Origin: a virus
Lineage: Duplodnaviria; Caudoviricetes
Virus record (IMG/VR): IMGVR_UViG_3300014204_000127
Location: 49,898-113,897 of that record
DNA length: 64,000 nucleotides
Reading direction: 5' to 3' (one strand)
Shown here: piece after piece, positions 9,430 through 18,875 of the stretch
Numbering within the stretch: the first letter of the stretch is position 1
Layout: each line of letters opens with the position of its first letter
The notes under the pieces: model-generated
The model's database searches: none
The model's input: only the letters and a program-made list of their open reading frames with translations
What the model was told of the DNA's origin: nothing
Position numbers and translations under genes: made by a program

Positions 9430-9870
9430 TCATAATGCCAATAGCATTAACGCTTTTTTGTATTTTTCTATCTGACTATTTGAGGGGCTGTCTGTTAGAT
9501 TGTCCAATATGTCAGCCGTTTTTATCATTCTTACCATTATATCACACTTTGTAAGTTCTTCAATATAATTCTCATATTTTATTTCTTTATTTTTGGTCAA
9601 ATGTCTCACAAAATATAAAACTGTATCAGGAATGCCACTGTCCTTTAAAGACATTTCAGTGCATTTTGTGTCCTCAAGTACGTCATGCAACCATGCGGCA
9701 GCAATAGCATCACTATCTTGTGTATACTTGGATACAAGACCTACAACACGTTCAGGATGCTTGATATAGGGTTCTTTTATACCAAACCTATTAGGTCGCC
9801 TATACTGCCCCTCGTGGGCTTTTGTTGCAATTTCTTTTGCAAATTCTACAATATCTGTGTTATTTTCCAT
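9430..9870 (-). CDS. Stand-alone RelA/SpoT-type HD hydrolase (Mesh1/SAH-like)
   Basis: AHEGQYR, EPYIKHP, AAWLHDVLEDT, IKTADILDNL. Confidence 0.85.
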   Translation of the reverse strand: MENNTDIVEFAKEIATKAHEGQYRRPNRFGIKEPYIKHPERVVGLVSKYTQDSDAIAAAWLHDVLEDTKCTEMSLKDSGIPDTVLYFVRHLTKNKEIKYENYIEELTKCDIMVRMIKTADILDNLTDSPSNSQIEKYKKALMLLAL

Positions 9871-9876
9871 GTTATT

Positions 9877-10374
9877 TTAATTTCCTTTATAAAATTCCAA
9901 ATGAGGATAATCAACATTAATATCAACATCCTTATCATCATTGTCATTGCCAGTTAATATAAAGCTCCTGTTCGAAAAGAGGTAGCTCAATAAAGTATCC
10001 TCCGAATTACAAACAGTTTCCACATAATCGACCAATTCTTCAACATTGTGTTCAATGTAATAATCATATCCCCCATATTCCCCTTCTTGGGGTTTTTCCT
10101 GAAAGTCACATTTTACATTGTTTGATTCCAAATAATGTTTAATCTGTTGAGTGTATTCCTCTAGAAGATTTAGTTCCAAAAGTGCCGTATATAGGTATGA
10201 TGCTTTTTCTTGTGGGGTGTCAAGTTTGCGTACTTCCCATCCAAATTCCCCAAACTTAAAATATATTTTCTTAGGGGTTTCTACATTTGACATATCAAAA
10301 TCAGAAGCAATACATATGCTGTGCGTACTACTTGAATTTGTTTCAAAAACACCTTTTCTTGTCGTTCTTTTCAT
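9877..10374 (-). CDS. conserved phage protein with RxGxFETNSSS N-terminal motif
   Basis: RKGVFETNSSSTHSICI. Confidence 0.7.
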   Translation of the reverse strand: MKRTTRKGVFETNSSSTHSICIASDFDMSNVETPKKIYFKFGEFGWEVRKLDTPQEKASYLYTALLELNLLEEYTQQIKHYLESNNVKCDFQEKPQEGEYGGYDYYIEHNVEELVDYVETVCNSEDTLLSYLFSNRSFILTGNDNDDKDVDINVDYPHLEFYKGN

Positions 10375-10805
10375 TTTAATGTTCCTTTATACTCTGCTAA
10401 CACATTTCCTTTTCTGTCATAGTATACCATATCCCATGTCGGATGGCAATTAGAATTTTCACCATTATCAAATAAAATATCAAAATTTTGACTATCATTG
10501 CCATTTACAAGAGTTCCATAGTTTTTGCCACATTTTACACGCATTCCTGCAAAAACAAAAGGAAGCTCCCTTTTGCTTGCAACCTCTTGTATTCTTTTGG
10601 CATTTTCATGTGGTATTCTAATGCCCTTTTGTAGTATTTGACATCGTATATCAAGATAGTCAATACCACAATCCCCATACTCTCTATAATATTCCATTTT
10701 TGCCTGTCCCCTTGTCTTGGCATAAAAGGTAGAAGGATACTCTGGATAGGAGCACCAAATACTATATGTACTCATGGGCAATATATTTAATAGTTCTTTT
10801 TTCAT
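10371..10805 (-). CDS. hypothetical protein
   Basis: Coupled ORF, NCHPTW motif. Confidence 0.7.
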   Translation of the reverse strand: MKKELLNILPMSTYSIWCSYPEYPSTFYAKTRGQAKMEYYREYGDCGIDYLDIRCQILQKGIRIPHENAKRIQEVASKRELPFVFAGMRVKCGKNYGTLVNGNDSQNFDILFDNGENSNCHPTWDMVYYDRKGNVLAEYKGTLK

Positions 10806-10993
10806 TTTGATGCCCCTTTTAATGTTCCTTTTGGCAAATTAGCATCCCTGTCTACATAAATGTAAACTATCTTTTCTTTTTTAGAATTGCCCTTTTCTAT
10901 TGCCTCTGATATACTTCCCACCCACATACTTATAATGAGTACAATAAGTAAGAATAAAAGAACTTTTCCACTAAACGTAAGTTCTACATCCAT
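10802..10993 (-). CDS. small membrane protein
   Basis: Single hydrophobic segment; AAAGGA RBS. Confidence 0.6.
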   Translation of the reverse strand: MDVELTFSGKVLLFLLIVLIISMWVGSISEAIEKGNSKKEKIVYIYVDRDANLPKGTLKGASK

Positions 10994-11026
10994 TTTATTT
11001 TCCTTTTAATAAAAATTATTTACCAT

Positions 11027-11731
11027 TTAAACAGTTCTATTCATTTCCATAAGCACACGCTTAATTTTTTTGATATCCTGTTCTCTCTTAGACATTTTTG
11101 CCTGTGTTCTAACTGGAGAAAGCATCCTAGAACTTGACCATTCTTTAAATACTCTATATTTTAATACACGTCTTGACAAATTATATTGTTCAACCCATTC
11201 TGACACATATTTTACTCTCCCCCCTACAGCAAGTTTCTTATGCTCCCTCCAATAACAGTTAGAAGGGGTAAAGTTCTTGCTCCTGTCTTTTCTGGTAAGT
11301 GTGGTGTGGTCTCTATATCCATTTTCCATAGCCCATCTAACAAACTTTTCAAAATCCATCCAAGCCCTGCACATATGTATACCCTTGCTACCATAATAGG
11401 CGTATTCATATGAATTCTTATTATAACACCCTTCCTTTATATCTGTCCAAGCATGGTATATCTTTGTTTTTGCCAATCCCATTTTGCTTTTGTAGCCACA
11501 TCCACAACTTTTCATACCTTTACAGCTAATATGGTCATATGTAAGTATTTTTTCTTTTTTGCAAGAGGGACATATAGCCTTCCACACAGAGGAAGCAGTT
11601 CCTTTTCGCACACCCACTCTTTCTAAGAGTTTAAATCCATTAACCACTCTACCATATCTACGTTTGATATATTTTGGGGTTTTGATGCGTTTGATATCTT
11701 TCAACTTAATTTCCAAATTAATTCCTTTCAT
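11027..11731 (-). CDS. HNH-type homing-endonuclease-like protein, possibly degenerate
   Basis: KSCGC, W..IK..CYN...YYGSKGIHMCRAW.DFEKF, TLTRKDRSKNFTPSNCYW (usual form LDRIDNNGNYEPSNCRW). Confidence 0.75.
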   Translation of the reverse strand: MKGINLEIKLKDIKRIKTPKYIKRRYGRVVNGFKLLERVGVRKGTASSVWKAICPSCKKEKILTYDHISCKGMKSCGCGYKSKMGLAKTKIYHAWTDIKEGCYNKNSYEYAYYGSKGIHMCRAWMDFEKFVRWAMENGYRDHTTLTRKDRSKNFTPSNCYWREHKKLAVGGRVKYVSEWVEQYNLSRRVLKYRVFKEWSSSRMLSPVRTQAKMSKREQDIKKIKRVLMEMNRTV

Positions 11732-11759
11732 ATGTAATAAAAAACTACTTGTTTTACAT

Positions 11760-11787
11760 AGTATATCTGGTATCTATAAAAAGTCAA
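11760..11787 (-). promoter_or_regulatory. promoter TTGACT-N16-TATACT
   Basis: Intergenic consensus match. Confidence 0.6.
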
Positions 11788-11816
11788 GTATTTTCTTTCA
11801 GTACATATAAATAAAA

Positions 11817-12428
11817 TTATACCTGTTGTTCTTTTGATTCCCTATATCTTTTTATACCATAAACTATTGCAAACAGACACCAGATGTACCTATATGTGTA
11901 GTCTTCCGTGCCACCGCCTCCAAAACATTCGCCAAAATTCTCAAAAGTGTGTCCATGTGGTGACTTATAGTCCCAAATCTTTTGGGCAGCCACATCAATG
12001 CTTTTTATGTCCTCGGATTTAATATGAAAATCAACATCCTCTTTAACCCCAATCTTTTCTTCGTCACTTTCATACTCCCAATAGTCCTCTATGTACTCAT
12101 CCACACACTTACAGAAAGCATCAAAATCAAACTTTTTGTACCCATCACATCTGTCAACGCCCTCTAGTTTTTCTGCCCAATATCCTGGATTTATAGAACC
12201 TGTTCCAAAGAAATTAAACATATCATGGGCTCTTTCAAAAACATATGTTCCATAGTCACCAGAAATACAAAGATAATCAGGCCAAGTAGTTAGATAAAAG
12301 AAACCCTCTCGTGTATCGGGCATCTTAAACAAAATATTCCTATGAACACCTGAATCCATGTTTATAGTCATTTCATACTTTTCAGCATATTTATCAAAAT
12401 CTTCTTTTATTTTCTCATAATTTTGCAT
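11817..12428 (-). CDS. conserved hypothetical phage protein
   Basis: TWPDYLCISGDYGTYVF...INPGYWAEKL. Confidence 0.75.
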   Translation of the reverse strand: MQNYEKIKEDFDKYAEKYEMTINMDSGVHRNILFKMPDTREGFFYLTTWPDYLCISGDYGTYVFERAHDMFNFFGTGSINPGYWAEKLEGVDRCDGYKKFDFDAFCKCVDEYIEDYWEYESDEEKIGVKEDVDFHIKSEDIKSIDVAAQKIWDYKSPHGHTFENFGECFGGGGTEDYTYRYIWCLFAIVYGIKRYRESKEQQV

Positions 12429-12442
12429 ATTATTTATTCCTA

Positions 12443-12745
12443 TTAAACAATTTCACCAGTTTCAATAAACTTAATTAAAATAGGTAGTAACTGTTCAACC
12501 TGTTTTTTTGTAAGGTGCATTCTAGTAGTTAGTAGCACATCATCTGAAATGGGGTACTTTACCCACCCCGTACCATTTTTCACAACCTTACTTGCCATTA
12601 TTCGAGGATTAGCATCATCAACACCCATCCATATAGCATCCTTATCCCCAATAGAACTTTTTTGAATAGAACATTTTTCACCATAATAGTCTGTAAATTC
12701 TATATTATCAAACCCTCTATGTGTCTTATTTGTTTTCAGCTTCAT
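12443..12745 (-). CDS. conserved hypothetical phage protein
   Basis: RGF..IEFTD.YG..CSIQKSS...IWMG...TRMHL. Confidence 0.75.
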   Translation of the reverse strand: MKLKTNKTHRGFDNIEFTDYYGEKCSIQKSSIGDKDAIWMGVDDANPRIMASKVVKNGTGWVKYPISDDVLLTTRMHLTKKQVEQLLPILIKFIETGEIV

Positions 12746-12746
12746 G

Positions 12747-13205
12747 TTATTTATCCGTATTTTGTTCCTGTTTTAGTGTACCACGCACACCCATTAGTAT
12801 TCTGCCCAACCAGTTTTCGCCAACTCCGTTGCAAACACCCCAAAAAGTATCTTTCCAGTAGTTTCTTTCGACTATTTCGCCCTCTATTTCCAACAGCTTT
12901 ACAGCAATATCTGAATTATATAAGAATTTCTTATACACCAATTCCATCATTATATCTGTTTGCAAATCGTGCCAATTATCCCTTAATTTTAGTGTTTTTC
13001 CATAATGTTTGGACTCACTTGGCCTATATATGGTAGAAATATACATATGTATGTTGGTATCGTCTGTCTTTGACGCAACAAAGGCATGTTCAGTAGATGG
13101 GAACCAAATGCCATTATAGTCTACTTTATTCTTTAGTAGATACATATTGGAAAGAAACCCAAATTCATCTCTAAATGCTGGTATTTTTTCTACTGGCATT
13201 CGCAT
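12747..13205 (-). CDS. NADAR (YbiA-like) family protein
   Basis: FLSNMY, STEHAF, LRDNW, KF, E.NYWKDTFWGVCNGVGENWLGRILM. Confidence 0.9.
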   Translation of the reverse strand: MRMPVEKIPAFRDEFGFLSNMYLLKNKVDYNGIWFPSTEHAFVASKTDDTNIHMYISTIYRPSESKHYGKTLKLRDNWHDLQTDIMMELVYKKFLYNSDIAVKLLEIEGEIVERNYWKDTFWGVCNGVGENWLGRILMGVRGTLKQEQNTDK

Positions 13206-13206
13206 A

Positions 13207-13461
13207 TTATTTATCCTTTACACGTTCTATAAACTCAGTAAGTGCATCCTCAAGTTCATCATGTGTATTGACTATTTGGTGTTGTTTTTCCACAACCCTT
13301 TTATTGCACACACGATACATGGATACATCTAAAGAGGCATCTGATATAAAATCATTGTCCCTAACATGCTTCAACAGTTTAAACCAATTATCAGGCGTTA
13401 TTGGTACTTCCTCATGCATTTCACCATTATTAACAATTACTTTTGGCATGCTATCATACAT
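13207..13461 (-). CDS. hypothetical protein
   Basis: Co-oriented packed ORF. Confidence 0.6.
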   Translation of the reverse strand: MYDSMPKVIVNNGEMHEEVPITPDNWFKLLKHVRDNDFISDASLDVSMYRVCNKRVVEKQHQIVNTHDELEDALTEFIERVKDK

Positions 13462-13463
13462 CC

Positions 13464-13724
13464 TTATTTATTTGTATCGTTTCTATCATTTGCGTTAAAC
13501 TCTATAATCTTTATTCCATGTTGTTCAATCTTTTCTCTTATCTCATCAAACTTTGTGTTCTTGCCCCATATTTCAACAACATCACTGGCAAGAACTTTGA
13601 TTCTTATTCTATTTTTATTTATTATACATGGTTCATTATCAATGTCAACCCTATTTCTAACAAAAATAGAAATATTTTTAGAATCATATTCAAAAACACA
13701 ATATTTATTGATAAGTTTAAGCAT
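13464..13724 (-). CDS. hypothetical protein
   Basis: Co-oriented packed ORF. Confidence 0.6.
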   Translation of the reverse strand: MLKLINKYCVFEYDSKNISIFVRNRVDIDNEPCIINKNRIRIKVLASDVVEIWGKNTKFDEIREKIEQHGIKIIEFNANDRNDTNK

Positions 13725-13725
13725 T

Positions 13726-13935
13726 TTACTTTCTTGTATTCCAATACTTTACAGCATTTTCAATGGTCTGTTCATCAGCATCACCAGGGTCGTCCATAAA
13801 AAGGAAGTGTGCTGGACAATCTTGATTAGAACACCCTAGATCAAAATACTCCCCATAATGGTCGCTCTCTATCTTAATATATCCATCTGAACCACAGAAA
13901 GGACATGATTTTAGTTTATAATTTTTAGTATTCAT
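13726..13935 (-). CDS. Lar-family (restriction alleviation) Zn-finger protein
   Basis: LKSCPFCG...C....C...A...WNTR. Confidence 0.8.
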   Translation of the reverse strand: MNTKNYKLKSCPFCGSDGYIKIESDHYGEYFDLGCSNQDCPAHFLFMDDPGDADEQTIENAVKYWNTRK

Positions 13936-13946
13936 TCATACTTCCT

Positions 13947-14420
13947 TTATGTCCAAAGATAACTTCTTATTTTAACAAGCCTTATCAACATATATGTGTC
14001 GGTCTGCATCCTACACCTCTCATCGGAAAAATCAACATCATCTGAAAACCACTCTTTTTCTCTCTTTTTCCACCAATCATACAGAAATCTGATTTCTTTG
14101 GCAACCTTTCTCCTCTTTCTGTAGTACGCCCTTTGGTCTTTCAACGCATCTGCAAGTTGAGACTTGTCCGATATTTCCCTTCTCAATCTTGCATATTCTT
14201 CTTTAGATTCTTGCCCCCAATCCGTTACCTCAAGTATTTGTTCCTTTTCTACAACATTACAAAGTTCCTGAAAACATGTAAAAAGAATCTTGGTATCAAA
14301 ATCCATCCAACACCCTCTAAACTGTTTAAGTTCAATAACATGATATTTGTTAAAAAATCGGTTTATAATATACCTAAGTATACCAATTTGGTTATGAATC
14401 TCAAATAATTCTTTAAACAT
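13947..14420 (-). CDS. conserved hypothetical phage protein
   Basis: LYDWWK...MLIRLVKIRSYLWT. Confidence 0.7.
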   Translation of the reverse strand: MFKELFEIHNQIGILRYIINRFFNKYHVIELKQFRGCWMDFDTKILFTCFQELCNVVEKEQILEVTDWGQESKEEYARLRREISDKSQLADALKDQRAYYRKRRKVAKEIRFLYDWWKKREKEWFSDDVDFSDERCRMQTDTYMLIRLVKIRSYLWT

Positions 14421-14422
14421 CT

Positions 14423-14827
14423 TTATTTACCCCTTCCCTTACAAAACCCACAAACACCATTTGAATTAAGTTTACTACGGGGTACAAGAATATACTCATT
14501 TTTTCCACAAATTCTACATTTTCTTGTGGGAAATCCTTTTTCATCTATCTCATCCCACATCAGATTTCTATATATATTTGCAATATAAGGGGTTAGATTA
14601 TATTTAAGAATCCCTGCTCCAAATAATTTAGCATGTAGGTCGATACTTTTACATCTTTGTACCAATAATCCACTATATGTAGCATATCCCACATCCTCTG
14701 TTTTTTCACAATATGCTTTGGCCTTATTGCGATTTGATGCAAGGACTAGTGTCCCGTATTCACCATCTTTTGTACAAACTGTAAAACCTTTTAAATATTG
14801 TTCAGTTTTCATAAAACACTTCTCCAT
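14423..14827 (-). CDS. hypothetical protein with C-terminal CxxC pairs
   Basis: CRICG...CGFC. Confidence 0.65.
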   Translation of the reverse strand: MEKCFMKTEQYLKGFTVCTKDGEYGTLVLASNRNKAKAYCEKTEDVGYATYSGLLVQRCKSIDLHAKLFGAGILKYNLTPYIANIYRNLMWDEIDEKGFPTRKCRICGKNEYILVPRSKLNSNGVCGFCKGRGK

Positions 14828-14839
14828 TTCTACTATTTG

Positions 14840-14867
14840 AGTATAACACCTTTTTCTAAAAAATCAA
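14840..14867 (-). promoter_or_regulatory. promoter TTGATT-N16-TATACT (extended -10)
   Basis: Intergenic consensus match. Confidence 0.6.
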
Positions 14868-14876
14868 GCATAAAAT

Positions 14877-14909
14877 AAAAAATTCCTCAATTTTGTATAA
14901 GGAATTTTT
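14877..14909 (-). terminator. hairpin, probable terminator
   Basis: aaaaattcct...aggaattttt inverted repeat downstream of the phosphoesterase gene. Confidence 0.45.
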
Positions 14910-14938
14910 AAATATATAACTAATTTGTATATAATAAC

Positions 14939-15802
14939 TTATATTTTTAATTTTTCAAGCCTGTTTACAGTAGCAACAAGTTCTTTTCCATTCCAATTAT
15001 GAACATGAATGCCAGTTTCCTCAATACACACCACATTATTTTCCATATCCGCCCATGAACCGGAATTTACAAAAATACTATCCCCATTTGAAATCATGCC
15101 TGGAGTATGGGTGTGGCCTATTACAACAATATCATGGCTCAAAAGGGATTCAGATGCCTTTTTAAGTATCTTTTTTGCTCTTCCTAAACTGGTTCTAGGT
15201 GTTTTTATTAGTTTTCTTGTTATTGCGCCAAATATTGAATTTATAGGATGTTTAATCCACTCCGCAATGGCCAGTATAACACCCTCAGTTTGCTTTCCAA
15301 AAACAGATATACCATACCTATCCTCTAGTATGCCTGCCCCAATACAGGCAATCCTGGCAAATCCTGGATAGGTTCTGGAGTTGAGCTTATCATACTCATG
15401 TCCATGCTGTAAAAGCACATTGAATACAAATTTATTCATCTGAACATTTGTTTCAATTGGAACAGATGTCATATTTTTAAACAGCTTGCAACGGGAGAAA
15501 TAGGATGTACTTTTAATAAAATTGTACAAATCTGTGTCATGATTGCCAAGAATGTATGTACAGTCCATAGAACCCAACTTCTTTATAATTTGCCTGTTTT
15601 TTGGATGGCAAAGGACTTCACTGATATTATGTTGCCATAAATCAAATAAATCGCCCAAAATATAAAGTTTTCCTTTGTTTTTCTTGACAAATGACAAAAA
15701 ACTCATTAATTTGTCCCATCTAGTTGAATCTGCATTAAAATTGTCACGTTTCCCGTGATTACCTATATGCAAGTCTGATATAATGTAAATAGGTTTGGTC
15801 AT
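14939..15802 (-). CDS. Metallophosphoesterase (LpxH-like)
   Basis: ISDLHIG, LGDLFDLW, GNHD, HGH, GHTH, NSGSW. Confidence 0.85.
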   Translation of the reverse strand: MTKPIYIISDLHIGNHGKRDNFNADSTRWDKLMSFLSFVKKNKGKLYILGDLFDLWQHNISEVLCHPKNRQIIKKLGSMDCTYILGNHDTDLYNFIKSTSYFSRCKLFKNMTSVPIETNVQMNKFVFNVLLQHGHEYDKLNSRTYPGFARIACIGAGILEDRYGISVFGKQTEGVILAIAEWIKHPINSIFGAITRKLIKTPRTSLGRAKKILKKASESLLSHDIVVIGHTHTPGMISNGDSIFVNSGSWADMENNVVCIEETGIHVHNWNGKELVATVNRLEKLKI

Positions 15803-15814
15803 ATAAAATGGTTC

Positions 15815-16282
15815 TTAGTCTCTTGTCCTTTTCAGTTCTTCGGCAAAAGTACGCTGACCTGGAAATGCGTAACATCCTGCCGGAAGATTACAAACATTAC
15901 CGTGTTCAGGATGTGTTATTGTAACAGAATCATCGGCTTCAATAATTGGGCCATCCACTGCATTTCCGTTTGCCAATTTATACATTTTAACACCACCAAT
16001 TGTGTTAATTTCATGCCTTGAACCTCGTGTTGTTCCTGGTGCAACTTGTACATTAAAAAGGACTTCTTTCAAGTCGTTGGCATGTTCTTTTACAAAATTG
16101 TCAGGAAGGCGTATAATTCTAACGTCACCCTGTCGCCATTCATCATACACTTCCATTGAGGGGCAGTGGTCGCCATCATTTGCAATTTTTTCAGCATTTT
16201 GCTGAACTTCTGCAATAATATCATCAGTTTTGTGCAAATCTACTACTTTTTTCGTCTTTTTTGTCTTTACAGTTGTGTTCAT
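15815..16282 (-). CDS. conserved QGDV/HxEH metal-binding phage protein
   Basis: RQGDV, GSRH, HPEHG...LPAGCY...QR; this family often neighbours DUF6745-type genes. Confidence 0.7.
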   Translation of the reverse strand: MNTTVKTKKTKKVVDLHKTDDIIAEVQQNAEKIANDGDHCPSMEVYDEWRQGDVRIIRLPDNFVKEHANDLKEVLFNVQVAPGTTRGSRHEINTIGGVKMYKLANGNAVDGPIIEADDSVTITHPEHGNVCNLPAGCYAFPGQRTFAEELKRTRD

Positions 16283-16307
16283 TTTAATTTCTCCAATTAA
16301 AAGGGGT

Positions 16308-17375
16308 TTATGACCTTCCGATTACACGGGGGGTCTGTATTAGTTTTTCAATATTACTGCCACTATGCAACCAATTTTGTGCCTGTTCACATTTTTTTAT
16401 TTCAGCAGGTACTTCAAGAGAGTACACTCGTGGTGTACTCGTACAATGACTTACCAAAATAGTCATATTATCACACCTAAAAAGTGCTTCTAGCGTATTT
16501 TCAATATCATTTCTTCTATAATCAAGCCTTGTGGCGTTGTTTTCTTTAAGATATCTATTCCACCCATAGCGTTCTATTCTAATTCGTCTAATTTCTTCAT
16601 TTTGTTCTTTTTTTATCTGTTCTATTGTCTGTGTTTCAGGATTTTTTACTATCTGCTCATCAACTCTAACACCTTTTATAGCCCAAACTGAAAATCCATC
16701 AAAATATTCAATAGCGGGGGCACTGTCACAATGGATAACACCATCCTGCATATTTAATGTTTTAGGCTTATCCTGAATAATACAAATATTTTCATAAGGC
16801 ATCCACCAACCACAATATTTAGCTAGTTCCATTAGAGGAAGTAGTTTTTCACAGCAATTCAATTTAAAAACTTCTAAAAAATAATTATAAAAACCTAGCC
16901 AGTATGCGTCGTGATTTCCATATCCCGAATCCCATACCGAATCCCATACCGAAGCCCTTACCGAAGCCCATACCGAAGCCCTTACCGAAGCCCATACCGA
17001 ATCCCATACCGAATCCCATACCGAATCCCTTACCGAAGCCCTTACCGAAGCCCTTACCGAAGCCCTTACCGAAGCCCATACCGAAGCCCATACCGAATCC
17101 CTTACCGAAGCCCTTACCGAAGCCCATACCGAAGCCCCCAATTGTGTTTTGTTTTTAAATATATGAAAAACAATACCCGCCGAGAGAGGCGACTCACAAT
17201 ACACCCAATTCTGTGGGACTGCCCAACCTGCCACAGTATAGGCATCGGAAATATATTTTTTGGCTTTTTCCCTATCACATCTTCCGGTAGATAGTCCGAT
17301 TTCCATCCACCTATCCTTATATGTAGTAAGAAGTGCTTCCTGTTCTTTTGTCAGATTTTCTATTTTGTTTATCAT
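16308..17375 (-). CDS. DUF6745-like protein with SV(W/R)(A/D) tetrapeptide repeats
   Basis: [52 protein letters not shown]. Confidence 0.8.
   Translation of the reverse strand: MINKIENLTKEQEALLTTYKDRWMEIGLSTGRCDREKAKKYISDAYTVAGWAVPQNWVYCESPLSAGIVFHIFKNKTQLGASVWASVRASVRDSVWASVWASVRASVRASVRASVRDSVWDSVWDSVWASVRASVWASVRASVWDSVWDSGYGNHDAYWLGFYNYFLEVFKLNCCEKLLPLMELAKYCGWWMPYENICIIQDKPKTLNMQDGVIHCDSAPAIEYFDGFSVWAIKGVRVDEQIVKNPETQTIEQIKKEQNEEIRRIRIERYGWNRYLKENNATRLDYRRNDIENTLEALFRCDNMTILVSHCTSTPRVYSLEVPAEIKKCEQAQNWLHSGSNIEKLIQTPRVIGRS
16929..17132 (-). repeat. 17 x 12-bp in-frame tandem repeat, TCG GTA (T/A)GG G(A/C)T
   Basis: Read directly; only two positions vary. Confidence 0.95.
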
Positions 17376-17431
17376 TTTTGTTCCTGTTGTTTAATTCATT
17401 TAATACAATACACTCTATATTCTTAATAAGA

Positions 17432-17459
17432 AGTATACCACATTTTTAGGCAATGTCAA
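17432..17459 (-). promoter_or_regulatory. promoter TTGACA-N16-TATACT (TGTGG before -10)
   Basis: Intergenic consensus match. Confidence 0.7.
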
Positions 17460-17462
17460 GCA

Positions 17463-18467
17463 CTAATTACATATAATTTTATGAAATTCTTCATATTTAT
17501 TGTTGTAATCTATACACACATCAAGACAATTCTGCCTACATATACCATCACAATATGTATCATGGTTTTTATAATACTCATATCTATCCCGTCTTATAGT
17601 ACCCTCTGACATCCTCCCAATTGGATTACACCCTTCTCGCATCTTTATTACACAAGGATAGTGATAATCGCCTTTTACAATCATATCATCCAGTATCAAA
17701 GGGCATTTATGGGTGTCATTTTCACAAATCCCTCGCACATTTCTGCCATTTTTGAAATTATTAAGCCTATATTTCAAAATAGGATGTTTATTCAATATTC
17801 GTTCATCTATTACCAAGTCCTTGAATATATCAAAACTATTCCACTGGGCTGCTGATATAATACGAATATCTGCCACTCCAAGTCCTGATGCAAATTCAAT
17901 TATATTAACAATATCCTTAGCATTACTTTCGTTAAGTACAACACCTACAGTAACATATGTCAATTTTGAAAGACATTCAATTGTATTTACAACCTTATTC
18001 CATGCCCCCTCTATTCCACCTGACATGATATCACCAACAGAGGCACAACAGGCATCTAAAGATATAGACCAGTCATTTACACCAAGTTCAGTAAGTTCCT
18101 TATATAACTCCTTATCAGCAAAGCCATTAGACGACACTGCTATATGTTTGATATCGGTGCATGTCTTCTTGGTATATCTGATAATATCCCTTATATTGGG
18201 GTGTATTGTTGGTTCTCCACCAGAAAAACGTATATTTTGTATGCGTTCTTTGGCAAAGAAGTCAAGTATATTACAAATATTCACATATTTCATATGCCCC
18301 TGGACACCATTTATATCCGTTCCTCTACAATATGGACATTTAAAATTGCACAAGGATGTTATAATTACCTCGTTTCGCCATAAAGGGGAATATTGTGAGG
18401 CATTTCTTGCCCTATCATCTCTTAGGGTATAAAATCCTATATCCTCTAGTTTATTTATGTTACTCAT
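17463..18467 (-). CDS. Radical SAM protein
   Basis: CNFKCPYC, FSGGEPT, SSNG, ISLD; Cys-rich C-terminus. Confidence 0.9.
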   Translation of the reverse strand: MSNINKLEDIGFYTLRDDRARNASQYSPLWRNEVIITSLCNFKCPYCRGTDINGVQGHMKYVNICNILDFFAKERIQNIRFSGGEPTIHPNIRDIIRYTKKTCTDIKHIAVSSNGFADKELYKELTELGVNDWSISLDACCASVGDIMSGGIEGAWNKVVNTIECLSKLTYVTVGVVLNESNAKDIVNIIEFASGLGVADIRIISAAQWNSFDIFKDLVIDERILNKHPILKYRLNNFKNGRNVRGICENDTHKCPLILDDMIVKGDYHYPCVIKMREGCNPIGRMSEGTIRRDRYEYYKNHDTYCDGICRQNCLDVCIDYNNKYEEFHKIICN

Positions 18468-18834
18468 TGTTTTTTCCAGATAATTTAAATATTATATCAA
18501 ATTCTTCATTTCTAACATGAAACCAAAAATTCACACCATTCTTGTACAACATTATTGCCTTATTATATATCTTTGGCCTACATAATAAATTCTCACCATC
18601 ACAATATCCATAAATGTACTTCCTTAATATATTTATGCTTCTTTCAGAAGTTATATCATAATACCTACATACTATGGCAAGGTCTGCGAAATCACATTGT
18701 CGCCATGTTTGCCAGTCAAATAAGGAACTATCAAGTTTTTTAATGCTTACCACCATTTTATTAATGGGAAAGTATAGCATAAAAATGAACAGTGTCAACA
18801 ATAAAATAAAAATACCCCACAAATTTTCATTCAT
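18460..18834 (-). CDS. hypothetical protein with N-terminal TM
   Basis: Coupled ORF. Confidence 0.55.
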   Translation of the reverse strand: MNENLWGIFILLLTLFIFMLYFPINKMVVSIKKLDSSLFDWQTWRQCDFADLAIVCRYYDITSERSINILRKYIYGYCDGENLLCRPKIYNKAIMLYKNGVNFWFHVRNEEFDIIFKLSGKNNE

Positions 18835-18875
18835 GGGGTATCGTAGGGAACTATAAACTATGACAAATAAATAGT

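Noticed and set aside
16929-17132. Possible CRISPR array or DGR variable region
   Set aside because: No unique spacers, unit too short, no cas1/cas2 or reverse transcriptase in the window, no separate template repeat seen.
16885-17294. Overlapping ORFs with [16 protein letters not shown] and PYRS repeats
   Set aside because: Alternative frames of the stop-free 12-bp repeat; only the SV(W/R)(A/D) frame sits in a gene with recognisable flanking domains.
17713-18432. 239-aa plus-strand ORF and many similar plus-strand ORFs between 1.1 and 59 kb
   Set aside because: Antisense to clearly identifiable genes, with no RBS or motifs.
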